Part shown: positions 9,981-22,800 of the stretch, piece after piece | Position numbering within the stretch: the first letter of the stretch is position 1 | Layout: each line of letters begins with the position of its first letter | Assembly (NCBI RefSeq): GCF_001194135.2 | Contig: NC_069003.1 | Location: 7,166,979-7,207,546, forward strand | Source: Octopus bimaculoides | Taxonomy: Eukaryota | Length of the DNA: 40,568 nucleotides | Direction: 5' to 3' | Made by a program: the position numbers and the translations under genes | Notes under the pieces: model-generated | Told to the model about the DNA's origin: nothing | What the model saw: only the letters and a program-made list of their open reading frames with translations | Database searches by the model: none

Positions 9981-10263
9981 GCAAGTATATTTATCTCTTC
10001 TCCTCTTGACCTTGCATTAGAGTTGTAAATAAACATCATCATCATCATCATCATACAAGCAGTACCTTTTGTTTCCAATTTTCCATGCAGATATGCCCAG
10101 CCATGGGGAGTTATTACCATGGTTGGAAGCAGATAAGGACTGGCGACAGAAAGGCCATTATTTCTTTGGAAAATCTGCCTCAGAGAATTCTATTTGACAC
10201 ATGCAAGCATGGAACAAAGGATGTTAAAATGATGATGATGATAAGTATCTATATGGTTAGCGT

Positions 10264-10598
10264 CGAGGCGCATTGGCCTAGTCGTCAGGGCAGTGGACTC
10301 GCGGTTTCGATTCTCAGACCAGGTGTTGTGAGTGTTTATTGAACGAAAACACCTAAAGTTCGATGTGGCTCCGGCGGGGGTGAATCCTGCCTGTACTCTT
10401 TCTTCCTGTTTCTGTTTTATCTGTATTTCAAAGGGTCAGCCTTGTCATACTCTGTGTCACGCTTAATCTCTCTGAGAACTACGTTAAGGGTACATGTGTC
10501 TGTGGAGTGCTCAGCCACTTGCACGTTAATTTCACAAGCAGGCTGTTCCGTTGATCGGATCAACTGGAACCCTCGTCATCGTAACCGACGGAGTGCCA
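10264..10598 (+). mobile_element. Near full-length tRNA-derived SINE
   Basis: A-box-like TGGCCTAGTCG (10274-10284) and B-box-like GGTTTCGATTC (10303-10313). The 3' region matches 5103-5270 in reverse. Confidence 0.8.
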
Positions 10599-10953
10599 CG
10601 ACGATATGGTTAGCTCTAGTATAACGTAGTTCCTCCAGTTCTAGCAATATGGTTTCAGATTGAGTCACTTCTGCCAGCTTGCTACCTTACTACTATTACT
10701 ACTACTACTACTACTAATAATAATAATAATAATAACGAAAAAAAAGGCATTGCATGGGCGATGCATACCATGTGCGCACAAATGAAATTTAATTTAATAA
10801 ATATATTCTTAGACGAATTCATATTTCAACAAAATGACATCAAGAGTTATTTCCCCTGCTTATCGTTTCTCCATCTGTAAACAGAGAAAGAAAACATTTT
10901 GATTCACCTTTCTGTCAGTTTTGAAGATAATCGAACCAAAATAATGGGTGCTT

Positions 10954-11097
10954 GTCGATTACATTGACCCCAGTACTCAACTGGTACTTTATTTTATTGA
11001 CCCCCGAAAGGTTGAAAGGCAAAGTCAACCTCAGCAGAATTTGAACTCAGAACGTAAGGACAGACATAATACTTACTGTTAAGCATTTTGCCTGGCA
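10954..11097 (-). mobile_element. SINE family H fragment
   Basis: GAAAGGCAAAGTCAACCTCAGCAGAATTTGAACTCAGAA is the reverse complement of the family H core. Confidence 0.75.
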
Positions 11098-11330
11098 AAG
11101 TAAGCAAGCCATTCACTGTGGTTTGTCATGGAGAACATTTCTTGTTGTAGACAAATGGTGCAAACACACCTAAATCTGCTTGCAGCGCCACCTATCGAGA
11201 CTGTGAGGTGCAAGCATTTTGGAGTGGTTATCTCCACTTCAGTCACAGAAACCAGACGGGTGCTGAGAGCTAAGAGAGATTGTCTCTCTTGTGCTATTCC
11301 AGTCATCATACAATGAGTGGTAGCGCTAAT
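11098..11330 (+). mobile_element. Interspersed repeat family D copy
   Basis: Long near-identical stretch to ~3945-4160, e.g. CACACCTAAATCTGCTTGCAGCGCCACCTATCGAGACTGTGAG. Confidence 0.8.
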
Positions 11331-11505
11331 CAGCAGATCACTGTAAACAAATAACTGGGATAAAATGTTTAAGGGTTAAATCTATATTTGTAGAATAATA
11401 AAGCTTTCAGTGTATTTAATAGAATAATTATTTTAAAGAATTAGTTAATATATATTTGTTTTTGCAAGATTTTTTATGTGAAATCGTGTGTTGAAACAGA
11501 TATTG

Positions 11506-11804
11506 TTGTATTTGAGGATGGTCATATTGCCAGTTTAGCCAATAAAAAAACACATGCACTGTATATTTGGTGTTAATTTGCTTCAGCTTTATATTACATT
11601 ACATTACATTAATCCTATTTCGGCCAGAGTTCTTTCGTCACACTTGCAACGGACCACTGATGAGATCACAGAAGTGTGACGAAAGAACTCTGGCCGAAAT
11701 AGGATTAATGTAATGTAATATAAAGCTGAAGCAAATTAACACCAAATATACAGTGTGTGTGTTTTTATTGGCTAAACTGGCAACATGACCGTCCCCAAGT
11801 ACAA
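11506..11804. mobile_element. Fold-back element: ~135-140 bp inverted arms (11506-11645 and 11672-11804) around a 26-bp spacer; Penelope-like inverted pseudo-LTR or MITE
   Basis: The inner arms are exact reverse complements (TTAATCCTATTTCGGCCAGAGTTCTTTCGTCACACTT / AAGTGTGACGAAAGAACTCTGGCCGAAATAGGATTAA); the outer arms have a few substitutions and indels. Confidence 0.85.
11650..11696 (+). ncRNA. Candidate minimal type I hammerhead ribozyme motif
   Basis: Stem I CGG(A)CCA / TGGCCG; core CTGATGA 11657-11663; stem II G(A)TCACA-GAAG-TGTGA-C; GAAA 11681-11684; vestigial stem III A-GAAC-T; C11690 as the cleavage nucleotide. Confidence 0.55.
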
Positions 11805-11825
11805 TTAGTTAATAATTCTATCCTA

Positions 11826-12210
11826 AAGATGGTTAGCTGGCAGAATTGTTAGTACCCTGGTCAAAATGCTTTGTAGCATTTTGTCTGTTGTTACATTCTG
11901 AACTCAAATACTGCTGAGATTGACTTTGCCTTTCCTGTTTTTGGGGGTTGATGTAATTGATTTGCTCCCTCTCCTAAGAAATTGCTGGCCTTGTGCCAAA
12001 ATTTGACTAGTGAGCTGGCAGAATCATTAACATGGTAGACAAAATGCTTATTGGCGTGTTTACATTCTAAGTTCAATCCTGCCCAGGTCAGCTCTGCCTT
12101 TCACCCTTTCAGGGTTTATAAAATAAGTACCAGTTGAGCATGGGTTGATGCAATCAACTTACCCCTTTCCCCCAAATTGCTGGCCTTATGTGTATAGTAA
12201 AAAGTGTTAT
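11826..12210 (+). mobile_element. Two tandem SINE family H copies (11826-12005, 12008-12210) with (ATT)n tail
   Basis: GAGCTGGCAGAAT...GTTCAA..CTGC..AG.T.ACT(T/C)TGCCTTTC. Confidence 0.75.
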
Positions 12211-12223
12211 TATTATATTATTA

Positions 12224-12254
<31 letters not shown>

Positions 12255-12257
12255 AAT

Positions 12258-12453
12258 AACTGGCCTTCGTGCAGGTGACACGTAAAAGCACCCACTACAC
12301 TCTCTGAGTGGTTGGCGTTAGGAAGGGCATCCAGCTGTAGAAACTCTGCCAAATCAGATTGGAGCCTGGTGTAGTCATCTGGTTCACCAGTCCTCAGTCA
12401 AATCGTCCAGCCCATGCTAGCATGGAAAGTGGACGTTAAACGACGATGATGAT
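12258..12453 (+). mobile_element. Family A SINE-like copy, well preserved
   Basis: GACACGTAAAAGCACCCACTACACTCTCTGAGTGGTTGGCGTTAGGAAGGGCATCCAGCTG...GGACGTTAAACGACGATGATGAT. Confidence 0.85.
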
Positions 12454-12626
12454 TATTATTAGTAGTAGTAGCAGCATAAGCAGCAATAGTAATAGTAGTC
12501 ACTGTAGATGGGGTCTTTGATTTCACTGAACCAATCAAGAATGTAGATTTAAAGTTGTTAGTATTTGTCAGAGAAGCAGAAGTTTCAATAGTAGACAGCA
12601 ATGAATAGAAAAGTGAATTTGTTACA

Positions 12627-13013
12627 TACTCTTTACTCTTTTACTTGTTTCTGTCATTTGACTGCGGCCATGCTGGAGCATCACCTTTAGTCGAGCAAAT
12701 CGACCCCGAGACTGATTCTTTGTAAGCCTAGTACTTATACTATTGGTCTTTTTTGCCGAACTTCTAAGTTACGGGAACGTAAACACACCAGCATCGGTTG
12801 TCAAGCGATGTTGGGGGAACAAATACAGACACACAAACACACATATATACGACAGGCTTCTTTCAGTTTCCGTCTACCAAATCCACTCACAAGTCTTTGG
12901 TTGGCCCGAGGCTATAGTAGAAGACACTTGCCCAAGGTGCCACACAGTGGGACTGAAGCCGGAACCATGTGGTTGGTAAGCAAGCTACTTACCACACAGC
13001 CACTCCTGTGCCT
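12627..13013 (-). mobile_element. Full-length tRNA-derived SINE family B
   Basis: Minus-strand head AGGCACAGGAGTGGCTGTGTGGTAAG...GGCTTCAGTCCCAC (A- and B-box-like); 3' tail (GAGTAAAA)-type repeat. Confidence 0.85.
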
Positions 13014-14644
13014 ATAATGAAAAAAGAAAAAAAAAAAAATCTAAAAATACTGTAAATAANNNNNNNNNNNNNNNNNNNNNNNNNNNNNNNNNNNNNNNNN
13101 NNNNNNNNNNNNNNNNNNNNNNNNNNNNNNNNNNNNNNNNNNNNNNNNNNNNNNNNNNNNNNNNNNNNNNNNNNNNNNNNNNNNNNNNNNNNNNNNNNNN
13201 NNNNNNNNNNNNNNNNNNNNNNNNNNNNNNNNNNNNNNNNNNNNNNNNNNNNNNNNNNNNNNNNNNNNNNNNNNNNNNNNNNNNNNNNNNNNNNNNNNNN
13301 NNNNNNNNNNNNNNNNNNNNNNNNNNNNNNNNNNNNNNNNNNNNNNNNNNNNNNNNNNNNNNNNNNNNNNNNNNNNNNNNNNNNNNNNNNNNNNNNNNNN
13401 NNNNNNNNNNNNNNNNNNNNNNNNNNNNNNNNNNNNNNNNNNNNNNNNNNNNNNNNNNNNNNNNNNNNNNNNNNNNNNNNNNNNNNNNNNNNNNNNNNNN
13501 NNNNNNNNNNNNNNNNNNNNNNNNNNNNNNNNNNNNNNNNNNNNNNNNNNNNNNNNNNNNNNNNNNNNNNNNNNNNNNNNNNNNNNNNNNNNNNNNNNNN
13601 NNNNNNNNNNNNNNNNNNNNNNNNNNNNNNNNNNNNNNNNNNNNNNNNNNNNNNNNNNNNNNNAAATTGAGGTAAGATTTATCTTTGATTACAATGTGTA
13701 ACGAGAATTTTATTTTTTAAAGCCAGTGTTATTTCTATTTAGAAATCAAAGGAGGTGACTAACCATTCCCTTCAAGCTTTGCTTTTGCGACCTGGACATC
13801 AATGATTTGAAACTGACAGATTTTCTGTTACATTTCAGACAGATTCAGTATTGAGTTGTTGAAGCAGAAATATCATTATAGCAACTATTCTAATCAGATT
13901 TGCTTGTCAGTTGCTTGACCATAACTACTTGAGCATGTCCCTTAGTGGCTGACAATATGTGTAGCTCTGATGATGAGCAGGAGTATTGGGGGAGCATCAT
14001 AGCCATGTGTTGAGAGGGTCTCTTTGGGGTTTGAATAAATGTAACAAAAACAAAGTTTGAAAGAAACATTATCCATTTTTCATACTTCCTATGGGTTAGT
14101 AAATAGAAAATGACAGTTGCTGTGTAAGGACAAAAATTGTGGTCCACAGTGTTATATAACTATGTAATACATATTTATTACTAATCCCGCATATTACATA
14201 GCTTCAATAGTTTGATGATGTTTATAGACTATTTTTAGAATGACATTGCAGGTTAGATGTGAAAAGTCAGATCTGGTCAGTTTGAACATAGAAGTGGTGG
14301 ACTATTTAGGCTGGATATGGCTGGTTTAAATACTAAAGGATTAAACTGGCTGTATCTGGCCCAAATATTCTACCATTTCATGTTTAGACTGGCCAGATTT
14401 GGCCTCACCTAAAAACAAAGTATCACATCATAAAAATCTCAAAACTACGAGATAATAGATGATAAATTCGAAACAAGTAAATAAATCAACTGGTTAACCA
14501 TGTCTCTCTACACTAACACACCCGTTAATGGTCTCAATCTTGATCACCGCTTCTCTCTCTCTCTCTCTCTCTGAGCGGCTAACCATGCATCTCCCCTACA
14601 GCAAGATACCTGTTTCTGTCTCTCTCACACACTAACCTTTCGTC

Positions 14645-14970
14645 ATTTGGTACAAGACCAACAATGTCCCCCTCCCCTCTCAAAGGATGTTTGTCTTGCA
14701 AGTTACTTGGTGACCATGTGAAAAGCATCCAGTCCACACTGTAAAGTGGTTGGGTGTTTGGAAGGACATCCAACGGTGAAACCTGTCTGTGCTGGTGCCA
14801 TGTAAAAAGCACTCAATCCACTCTGTGGGATGGTTGGTGTCAGGAAGAGCACCCAGCCATAAAACCCATACCAAAACAGACAGTGAAATATGGTGCAGTC
14901 TTCTGCCTAGCCAGCTCCTGTCAAATCATGTAACCCATGCCAGCATGGAAAGCAGACATTAAATGATAAT
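14645..14970 (+). mobile_element. Family A SINE-like copy with internal duplication
   Basis: AAAAGCA..CA.TCCAC.CTG...GTGGTTGG.GT..GGAAG occurs twice; ends CCATGCCAGCATGGAAAGCAGACATTAAATGAT. Confidence 0.7.
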
Positions 14971-16450
14971 TTTGACATCTGACAAAGTAAGCTGAATGCT
15001 AAAAGATTACACACACATACACACACACACATTATGTATCCCCTTAGTATTTAAACTAGCCACATTCAGGGTCTAAATATTCTACTTGATTTTTCAAACT
15101 GGCCAGATCTGACCTTTCACATCTAACCTGCAATGTCATTCTAAATATAAACAATTGCGTCATCAAAATTTCAAAGCTACAAGATAATGCATGATTAATT
15201 CAAAACAATGTGAATAGATAAGCATTACACGTGACAGAAGCCACAGAAGCCATTCTTATTTCAAGCCACAAAAAGGAGAGATTTAAATCTATTTTTATTA
15301 TTGATTGGACACTATTATAGATTTAAGTATCTCATCTTTGACAGCAATTCATGGGGGGTCCCGGTAGACTGGTGGGTAAAGGTGAGTGTAGATGAACCGG
15401 ATGAGGGGGATGTTCAAAACTGTCCTGGGTTCAAGCCTGGTCAGGATGGGGGAAGAAGGTAAGAGTCTTTTTATTTTTTTTTCGTTTATACAAAAATATT
15501 AAAAAATATATTTCTAGATAGAGATTGANNNNNNNNNNNNNNNNNNNNNNNNNNNNNNNNNNNNNNNNNNNNNNNNNNNNNNNNNNNNNNNNNNNNNNNN
15601 NNNNNNNNNNNNNNNNNNNNNNNNNNNNNNNNNNNNNNNNNNNNNNNNNNNNNNNNNNNNNNNNNNNNNNNNNNNNNNNNNNNNNNNNNNNNNNNNNNNN
15701 NNNNNNNNNNNNNNNNNNNNNNNNNNNNNNNNNNNNNNNNNNNNNNNNNNNNNNNNNNNNNNNNNNNNNNNNNNNNNNNNNNNNNNNNNNNNNNNNNNNN
15801 NNNNNNNNNNNNNNNNNNNNNNNNNNNNNNNNNNNNNNNNNNNNNNNNNNNNNNNNNNNNNNNNNNNNNNNNNNNNNNNNNNNNNNNNNNNNNNNNNNNN
15901 NNNNNNNNNNNNNNNNNNNNNNNNNNNNNNNNNNNNNNNNNNNNNNNNNNNNNNNNNNNNNNNNNNNNNNNNNNNNNNNNNNNNNNNNNNNNNNNNNNNN
16001 NNNNNNNNNNNNNNNNNNNNNNNNNNNNNNNNNNNNNNNNNNNNNNNNNNNNNNNNNNNNNNNNNNNNNNNNNNNNNNNNNNNNNNNNNNNNNNNNNNNN
16101 NNNNNNNNNNNNNNNNNNNNNNNNNNNNNNNNNNNNNNNNNNNNNNNNNNNNNNNNNNNNNNNNNNNNNNNNNNNNNNNNNNNNNNNNNNNNNNNNNNNN
16201 NNNNNNNNNNNNNNNNNNNNNNNNNNNNNNNNNNNNNNNNNNNNNNNNNNNNNNNNNNNNNNNNNNNNNNNNNNNNNNNNNNNNNNNNNNNNNNNNNNNN
16301 NNNNNNNNNNNNNNNNNNNNNNNNNNNNNNNNNNNNNNNNNNNNNNNNNNNNNNNNNNNNNNNNNNNNNNNNNNNNNNNNNNNNNNNNNNNNNNNNNNNN
16401 NNNNNNNNNNNNNNNNNNNNNNNNNNNNNNNNNNNNNNNNNNNNNNNNNN

Positions 16451-16846
16451 GTTCATGCTGCTAAATTGTCAATGAAATGCAGGCGACTGACCGGATGGAT
16501 TCTTAGGACTTTTAGAACAAGAGATCAGGAAACCATGATGGTGCTCTGGAAGACACTTGTTCTAAGCCACTTTGACTATTGCTCTCAGCTATGGTCACCA
16601 ACCAGTGTCAAATTAATCTCAGAACTTGAGGCAATCCAACGAAGCTACACGAAGAAGATAGCCTCTATGCAGCATATAAGCTATTGAGAAAGACTCAAGA
16701 GATTAAGACTCTATTCCTTAGAGCGTAGACGAGAAAGATATGCCATAATATACATCTGGAAGATCCTCGAAGGAGTTGTTCCAAACTTTTGCATCAAAAG
16801 TTACACACATAAAAGAACTGGACGCCATTGCATAGTGCCAAGGACT
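16451..16846 (+). mobile_element. CR1/L2-clade non-LTR retrotransposon ORF2 fragment, C-terminal to the RT core, with one premature stop
   Basis: A single frame reads VHAAKLSMKCRRLTGWILRTFRTRD..KTLVLSHFDYCSQLWSP..LEAIQRSYTKKI..ISY*ERLKRLRLYSLERRRERYAIIYIWKILEGVVPN. The EYC/DYC-x2-WSP and ERL-x2-L-x-LYSLERRR motifs are typical of CR1/L2 ORF2. Both ends run into N gaps. Confidence 0.85.
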
Positions 16847-19800
16847 NNNNNNNNNNNNNNNNNNNNNNNNNNNNNNNNNNNNNNNNNNNNNNNNNNNNNN
16901 NNNNNNNNNNNNNNNNNNNNNNNNNNNNNNNNNNNNNNNNNNNNNNATGAACAAACGAACGAACGTATGTACATGCGAACGAACGTACACACAAACAAAC
17001 GAACTTACGTACAAAGGACCGAACGAACGAAATGAACAAACGAACGAAAGAACAAACGAACGTACGTACGAAGGACCTTTCGTACATACACACGAACGAA
17101 CGATCGAGCGAACGAACGATCGAGCGAACGAACGAAAGTACATACGTACGTACGCACGAACGAACGAATGTGCGAAAGAACGGACGAACGAACGTACGCA
17201 CGAACGAATGATCGAACGACGTAAGTAAGTACGAACGAACGTACCTTATTCCGTGCGTAAGAACGAACGAGCGTACGAACGACAGAACGAAAGTGCATAC
17301 GGACGTACAAACGAACGAACGAATGAACGTAAATGCGTACGTACAAACGAACGAACGAACGAACGTAATGTACGTACGCACGTACGAACGAAGGAACGTA
17401 CCTTACGTCTGTACGTACAAACGAACGAACGTCCGTATTACGAACGATCGAACCTGCGTACGTACGTGCAAACGAACGAACGGATGAACAAACGAACGAA
17501 TGAACGATCGAACTCAGATACGTACCTACGTACGTACGAACGAATTAACGAACGTAATTACACGAAGGAACGAACGAACGAAGGAAAGAACGAACGAGCG
17601 CACAAAAGAACGTACAAACGAAAAAAATTACGTACAAACGAACGAACGTAAGTACGTACGTTCGTTCATTCGTTCGTCCGTACATTCCTTCGTTCGTTTG
17701 TATGTACGTACGTTCGTTTGTTCCTTCNNNNNNNNNNNNNNNNNNNNNNNNNNNNNNNNNNNNNNNNNNNNNNNNNNNNNNNNNNNNNNNNNNNNNNNNN
17801 NNNNNNNNNNNNNNNNNNNNNNNNNNNNNNNNNNNNNNNNNNNNNNNNNNNNNNNNNNNNNNNNNNNNNNNNNNNNNNNNNNNNNNNNNNNNNNNNNNNN
17901 NNNNNNNNNNNNNNNNNNNNNNNNNNNNNNNNNNNNNNNNNNNNNNNNNNNNNNNNNNNNNNNNNNNNNNNNNNNNNNNNNNNNNNNNNNNNNNNNNNNN
18001 NNNNNNNNNNNNNNNNNNNNNNNNNNNNNNNNNNNNNNNNNNNNNNNNNNNNTCGATCGTTCATTCCTTCTTAAGTTCGTACTTACGTGCGTTCGTTCAT
18101 TTGTTCGTCCGTTCGTTTGCACGTACGTACGCAGGTTCGTTCGTTCTTTCGTTTGTTCGTTCGTACGGACGGACACAAGGTACGTTCCTTCTTTCGATTG
18201 TTAGTACGTACTTATGTAAGTACGTTCGGTCATTCGTTCGTTTGTACGTAAGCTTTTTTCGTTTGTACTTCTTTTGTGCGCTCGTTCGTTCGTACTTACG
18301 TTCATTAATTCGCTCGTACGTTACGTTCGTTCGTACGCACGTATCTGAGTTCGTTCGTTCGATCGTTCATTCCTTCTTAAGTTCGTACTTACGTGCGTTC
18401 GTTCATTTGTTCGTCCGTTCGTTTGCACGTACGTACGCAGGTTCGATCGTTCGTAATAAGGACGTACGTTCGTTCGTTCGTTTGTACGTACGGACATAAG
18501 GTACGTTCCTTCGTTCGTACGTCCGTTCTTCCGTTCGATCGTTTGTACGTACGTACGTACGTTCATTCGTTCGTTCGATCGATCGTACGTACGTACGTAC
18601 ATTCGTTCGTTTGTTTGTACGTACGGACGCACTTTCGTTCGTTCGTTCTTACAGACGGACATAAGTTACGTTCGTTCGTTCGTACTTACTTACGTAAATA
18701 CGTACGTACGTTCGGTCGTTTGATCATTCGTTCTTTCGTACATACGAACGAAAGAACGAACGAATGAACGAGTGCACAAAAGAACGAACGCACGAGCGTG
18801 CAATCGAACGAACGAACGTAAGTACGTACGAACGAACGAACAAACTAACGAATGAACGAACGAAAGTACGTAGGTACGTAAGTACGAACGAACGATCGAC
18901 CGAACGAACGAAAGTACATACGTACGTACGCACGAACGAACGTACGAAAGAACGAACGAATGAATGAACGAACGTACGAACGAATGATCGAACGTACGTA
19001 CGTAAGTACGAACGAAAGTACATACGTACGTACGCACAAACGAACGAAAGAAGGAATGAANNNNNNNNNNATTTACATAAGTAAGTACGAACGAACGAAA
19101 GTGCGTACGTACGTACAAACGAACGAATGAACGTACGTACAAACGAACGAACAATCGAACGAAAGAACGTACGTACGTGCGAACTAACGAACGAACATAC
19201 GTGCAAACGTACTTACGAACGATCGAATGAAGGAACGTACCTTATGTCCGTACGTACAAACGAACGAACGAACGTCCGTATTACGGACGATCGAACCTGC
19301 GTACGTACGTGCAAACGAACGAACGTATGTACGTACGTACGAACGGACGAACAAATAAACGAACGTACGTAAATACGAACGAATGAACGAACGAACTCAG
19401 ACACGCACCTACGTACGTGCGTTAGTTCGTTGGTTCGTATGTATCTTCGTTCGTTTGTACTTGCGCAATTACATACGTACGTAACAACGTACGTTCTTTC
19501 GTTCGTAGGTACGTACGAAAGGTCGTTCGTTCGAATGTTCCTACGTACTTCCGTTCGTTCGTTCGTACATACGTACGTACGTTCTTGTGTATGTACGAAA
19601 GATCGTTCGTTCGAATGTTCGTACGTACGTACATACGTACGTTTGCTTTATCTTTCGTTCGTTTGTACGTAAGTTTTTTTCGTTCGTACGTTGTTTTGTG
19701 CGCTCGTTCATTCGTTTGTACTTACGTTCGTTAATTCGTTAGTACGTTCTTACGTTCGTTCGATCGTTCATAAGTTCGTTCACACGTACGTACGCAGGTT

Positions 19801-22800
19801 CGATCGTTCGTAATACGGACGTATGTTCCTTCGTTCGTTTGTACGTATGGACATAAGGTACGTTCGTACGTACGTGCTTAGGTAAGTACGTACGTTCGTT
19901 CGTTCGTACGTACATTTGCACGTACGTTCGTTCGTTAGTTCGTACGTTTTTTCGTTCGATCGTGTGTACGTAGGTACGTATCTGAGTTCGTTCGTTNNNN
20001 NNNNNNCGTTAGTTCGTACGTTTTTTCGTTCGATCGTGTGTACGTAGGTACGTATCTGAGTTCGTTCGTTTGCACGTACGTACGCAGGTTCGATCATTCG
20101 TAATACGGACGTACGTTCGTACAAACGTACGTACGCACGAACGAACGAATGTGCGAAAGAATGGACGAACGAATGAATGAACGAACGTACGCACGAACGA
20201 ATGATCGAACGACGTAAGTACGAACGAACGTACCTTATTCCGTGCGTAAGAACGAACGAGCGTACGAACGACAGAACGAAAGTGCATACGTACGTACAAA
20301 CGAACGAACGAATGAATGAACGTAAATACGTACGTACAAACGATCGAACGGTAGAACGTACGTACGAACTAACGAACGTACGTGCAAACGTACGTACAAA
20401 CGAACGTACTTACATAAGTACGTACGAACGATCGAACGAAGGAACGTACCTTATGTCCGTACGCACAAACGAACGTACGTAAGTACGAACTTACGAACGA
20501 ACGAAAGATTGAACGAGTGTACAAAAGAACGAACGCACGAGCGTACAAACGAACGAACAACGTAAGTACGTACGTACGCACGAATGAACGAATGATTGAA
20601 TGAATGTACGTACGTAAGAACAAAACAAAGAACGAACGAAACGAAGGACGAACGATGGAACGAACGTACGTATGTACGTAGACACGAAATATCGAACGAA
20701 ATAACGAACGATCGAACGAACCAGCGAAACGAACGTCCGTACGTACGTTCGTAAAAAAGAACGAACGTACGTACGAACAAACGAACGAACGTATGCACAT
20801 ACGAACGAACGTACGCACATACGAACGAACGTACGTACAAAGAAACGAACGAACTTACGTACGTAGGTACAAACGAGCGAACGAACGAAAGAAAAAGCAA
20901 ACGAACGTGCGTATGTACGTACGTACGAACGAAAGAACGTACACATGTACGAACGAACGAACGTACGTAAGTATGTACGTTTGAACGAACGAACTAAAGA
21001 ACGAACGAACGAAAGAACGAACGTACGTAGGAACATTCGAACGGACTAACGAAAGAACGTACGTAGTTACGTACGTAAGTACAAACGAACGAAGATACGT
21101 ACGTTCGAATGAACGAAAGAACGGACATACGAACGAACGAACGTAGGTACGAACGATCGAACGAAGGAACGTACCTTATGTCCGTCCGTACAAACAAACG
21201 AACGTAAGAGCGAACAAACGAACGAACGAAATTACGTATATACGAACGATCGAATCTGCATACGTACGTACAAACGAACGAAGGAATGTACGAACGAACG
21301 GATGAACGAACGTTCGTTCGATCGTTCGTACGTACTTAAGTTCATTCGTTCGTTCGTTTGTACGTAAGTTTATTTCGTTCGTAGGTTCTTTTGTGCGCTC
21401 GTTCGTTCTTTCCTTCGTTCGTTAATTCGTTCGTTCGTAAGTTTGTACTTACATACGTTCGTTCTTTTGTTCGTCCGTTCGTTCGTTTGCACGAACCTAC
21501 TCAGGTTCGATCGTTCGTAATACGGACGTACGTTCGTTCGTTTGTACGTACGGACATAAGGTACTTCCTTGCTTCGATCGTTTGCACGTATGTTCGTTCG
21601 TTAGTTCGTACGTTCGTTCGTTTGTACGTACGTACGTTCATTCGATCGTTCGTACGTACATACGTACGCACTTTCGTTCGTTCGTACTTAGGTAAATACG
21701 TACGTACGTTCGGTCGTTCGATCATTCGTTCGATTGTACGTACGTGCGTACGTTCGTTCATTCATTCGTTCGTTCGTTCTTTCGTACATTCGTTCGTTCG
21801 TGTGTACGTACGTATGTACTTTCGTTCGTTCGCTCGATCGTTCGTTCGTACGAACGACGAAACGAACGGACGACCGAACGTAAGNNNNNNNNNNAAGAAC
21901 GTACGAAAGTACAAACGAAAGAAAGTTCGTAAGTAAGAACGATCGAACGAACGTACGTTCGGATGGACGAAAGAACGAACGAACGTACGTACATAAGTCC
22001 ATACGTACGAATGAAAGGATGAACAAACGAACGAACGTATGTACATGCGAACGAACGTACACACAAACGAACGACCTTTCGTACATACACACGAACGAAC
22101 GATCGAGCGAACGAACGAAAGTACATACGTACGCACAAACGAACGAATGTGCGAAAGAACGGACGAACGAATGAATGAACGAACGTACGCACGAACGAAT
22201 GATCGAACGAACGTACCTTATTCCGTGCGTAAGAACGAACGAGCGTATAAAGGACAGAACGAAAGTGCATACGTACGTACAAACGAACGAACAAGCGCAC
22301 AAAAGAACGTACAAACGAACGAACGTATGTACGTACGAACGAACGTACGTACGTTCGTCCGTACATTCCTTCGTTCATTTGTATGTACGTACGTTCGTTT
22401 GTTCCTTCGTTTCGTTCGTTCGTTTTTACGTATGTACGTTCATTCATTCGTTCATTCGTGAGTTCGTTCGATTATTCGTTCGTTCGTTTGTACGCTCGTT
22501 CATTCGTTCGTACATTCTTACGTTCGGTCGTCCGTTCGTTCGTACGTATCTGAGTTCGTTCGCTCGATCGTTCATAAGTTCGTACATACGTACGTTCGTT
22601 CATTCATTCGTCCGTTCGTACGTACATTCGTTCGTTTGTACGTACGTACGCAGGTTCGTTCATTCGTACGTACGGACACAAGGTACGTTCCTTCTTTCGA
22701 TTGTTAGTACGTACTTATGTACGCTCGTTCGTTCGTTCGTACTTACGTTCATTAATTCGCTCGTACGTTACGTTCGTTCGTACGTTCGTTCGCACGCACA

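Noticed and set aside
13820-13860. Acceptor-like TTTTCTGTTACATTTCAG as a possible next CDR2-like exon
   Set aside because: In the required phase it hits a stop after four codons (A CAG ATT CAG TAT TGA).
13870-14150. Possible repeat or LINE-tail fragment (ORF 13890-14147)
   Set aside because: There is no second copy in the window and no diagnostic protein motif, so it cannot be supported.
15431-16475. Long ORFs of 316-341 aa, and similar ones across other gaps
   Set aside because: They consist almost entirely of N-gap positions.
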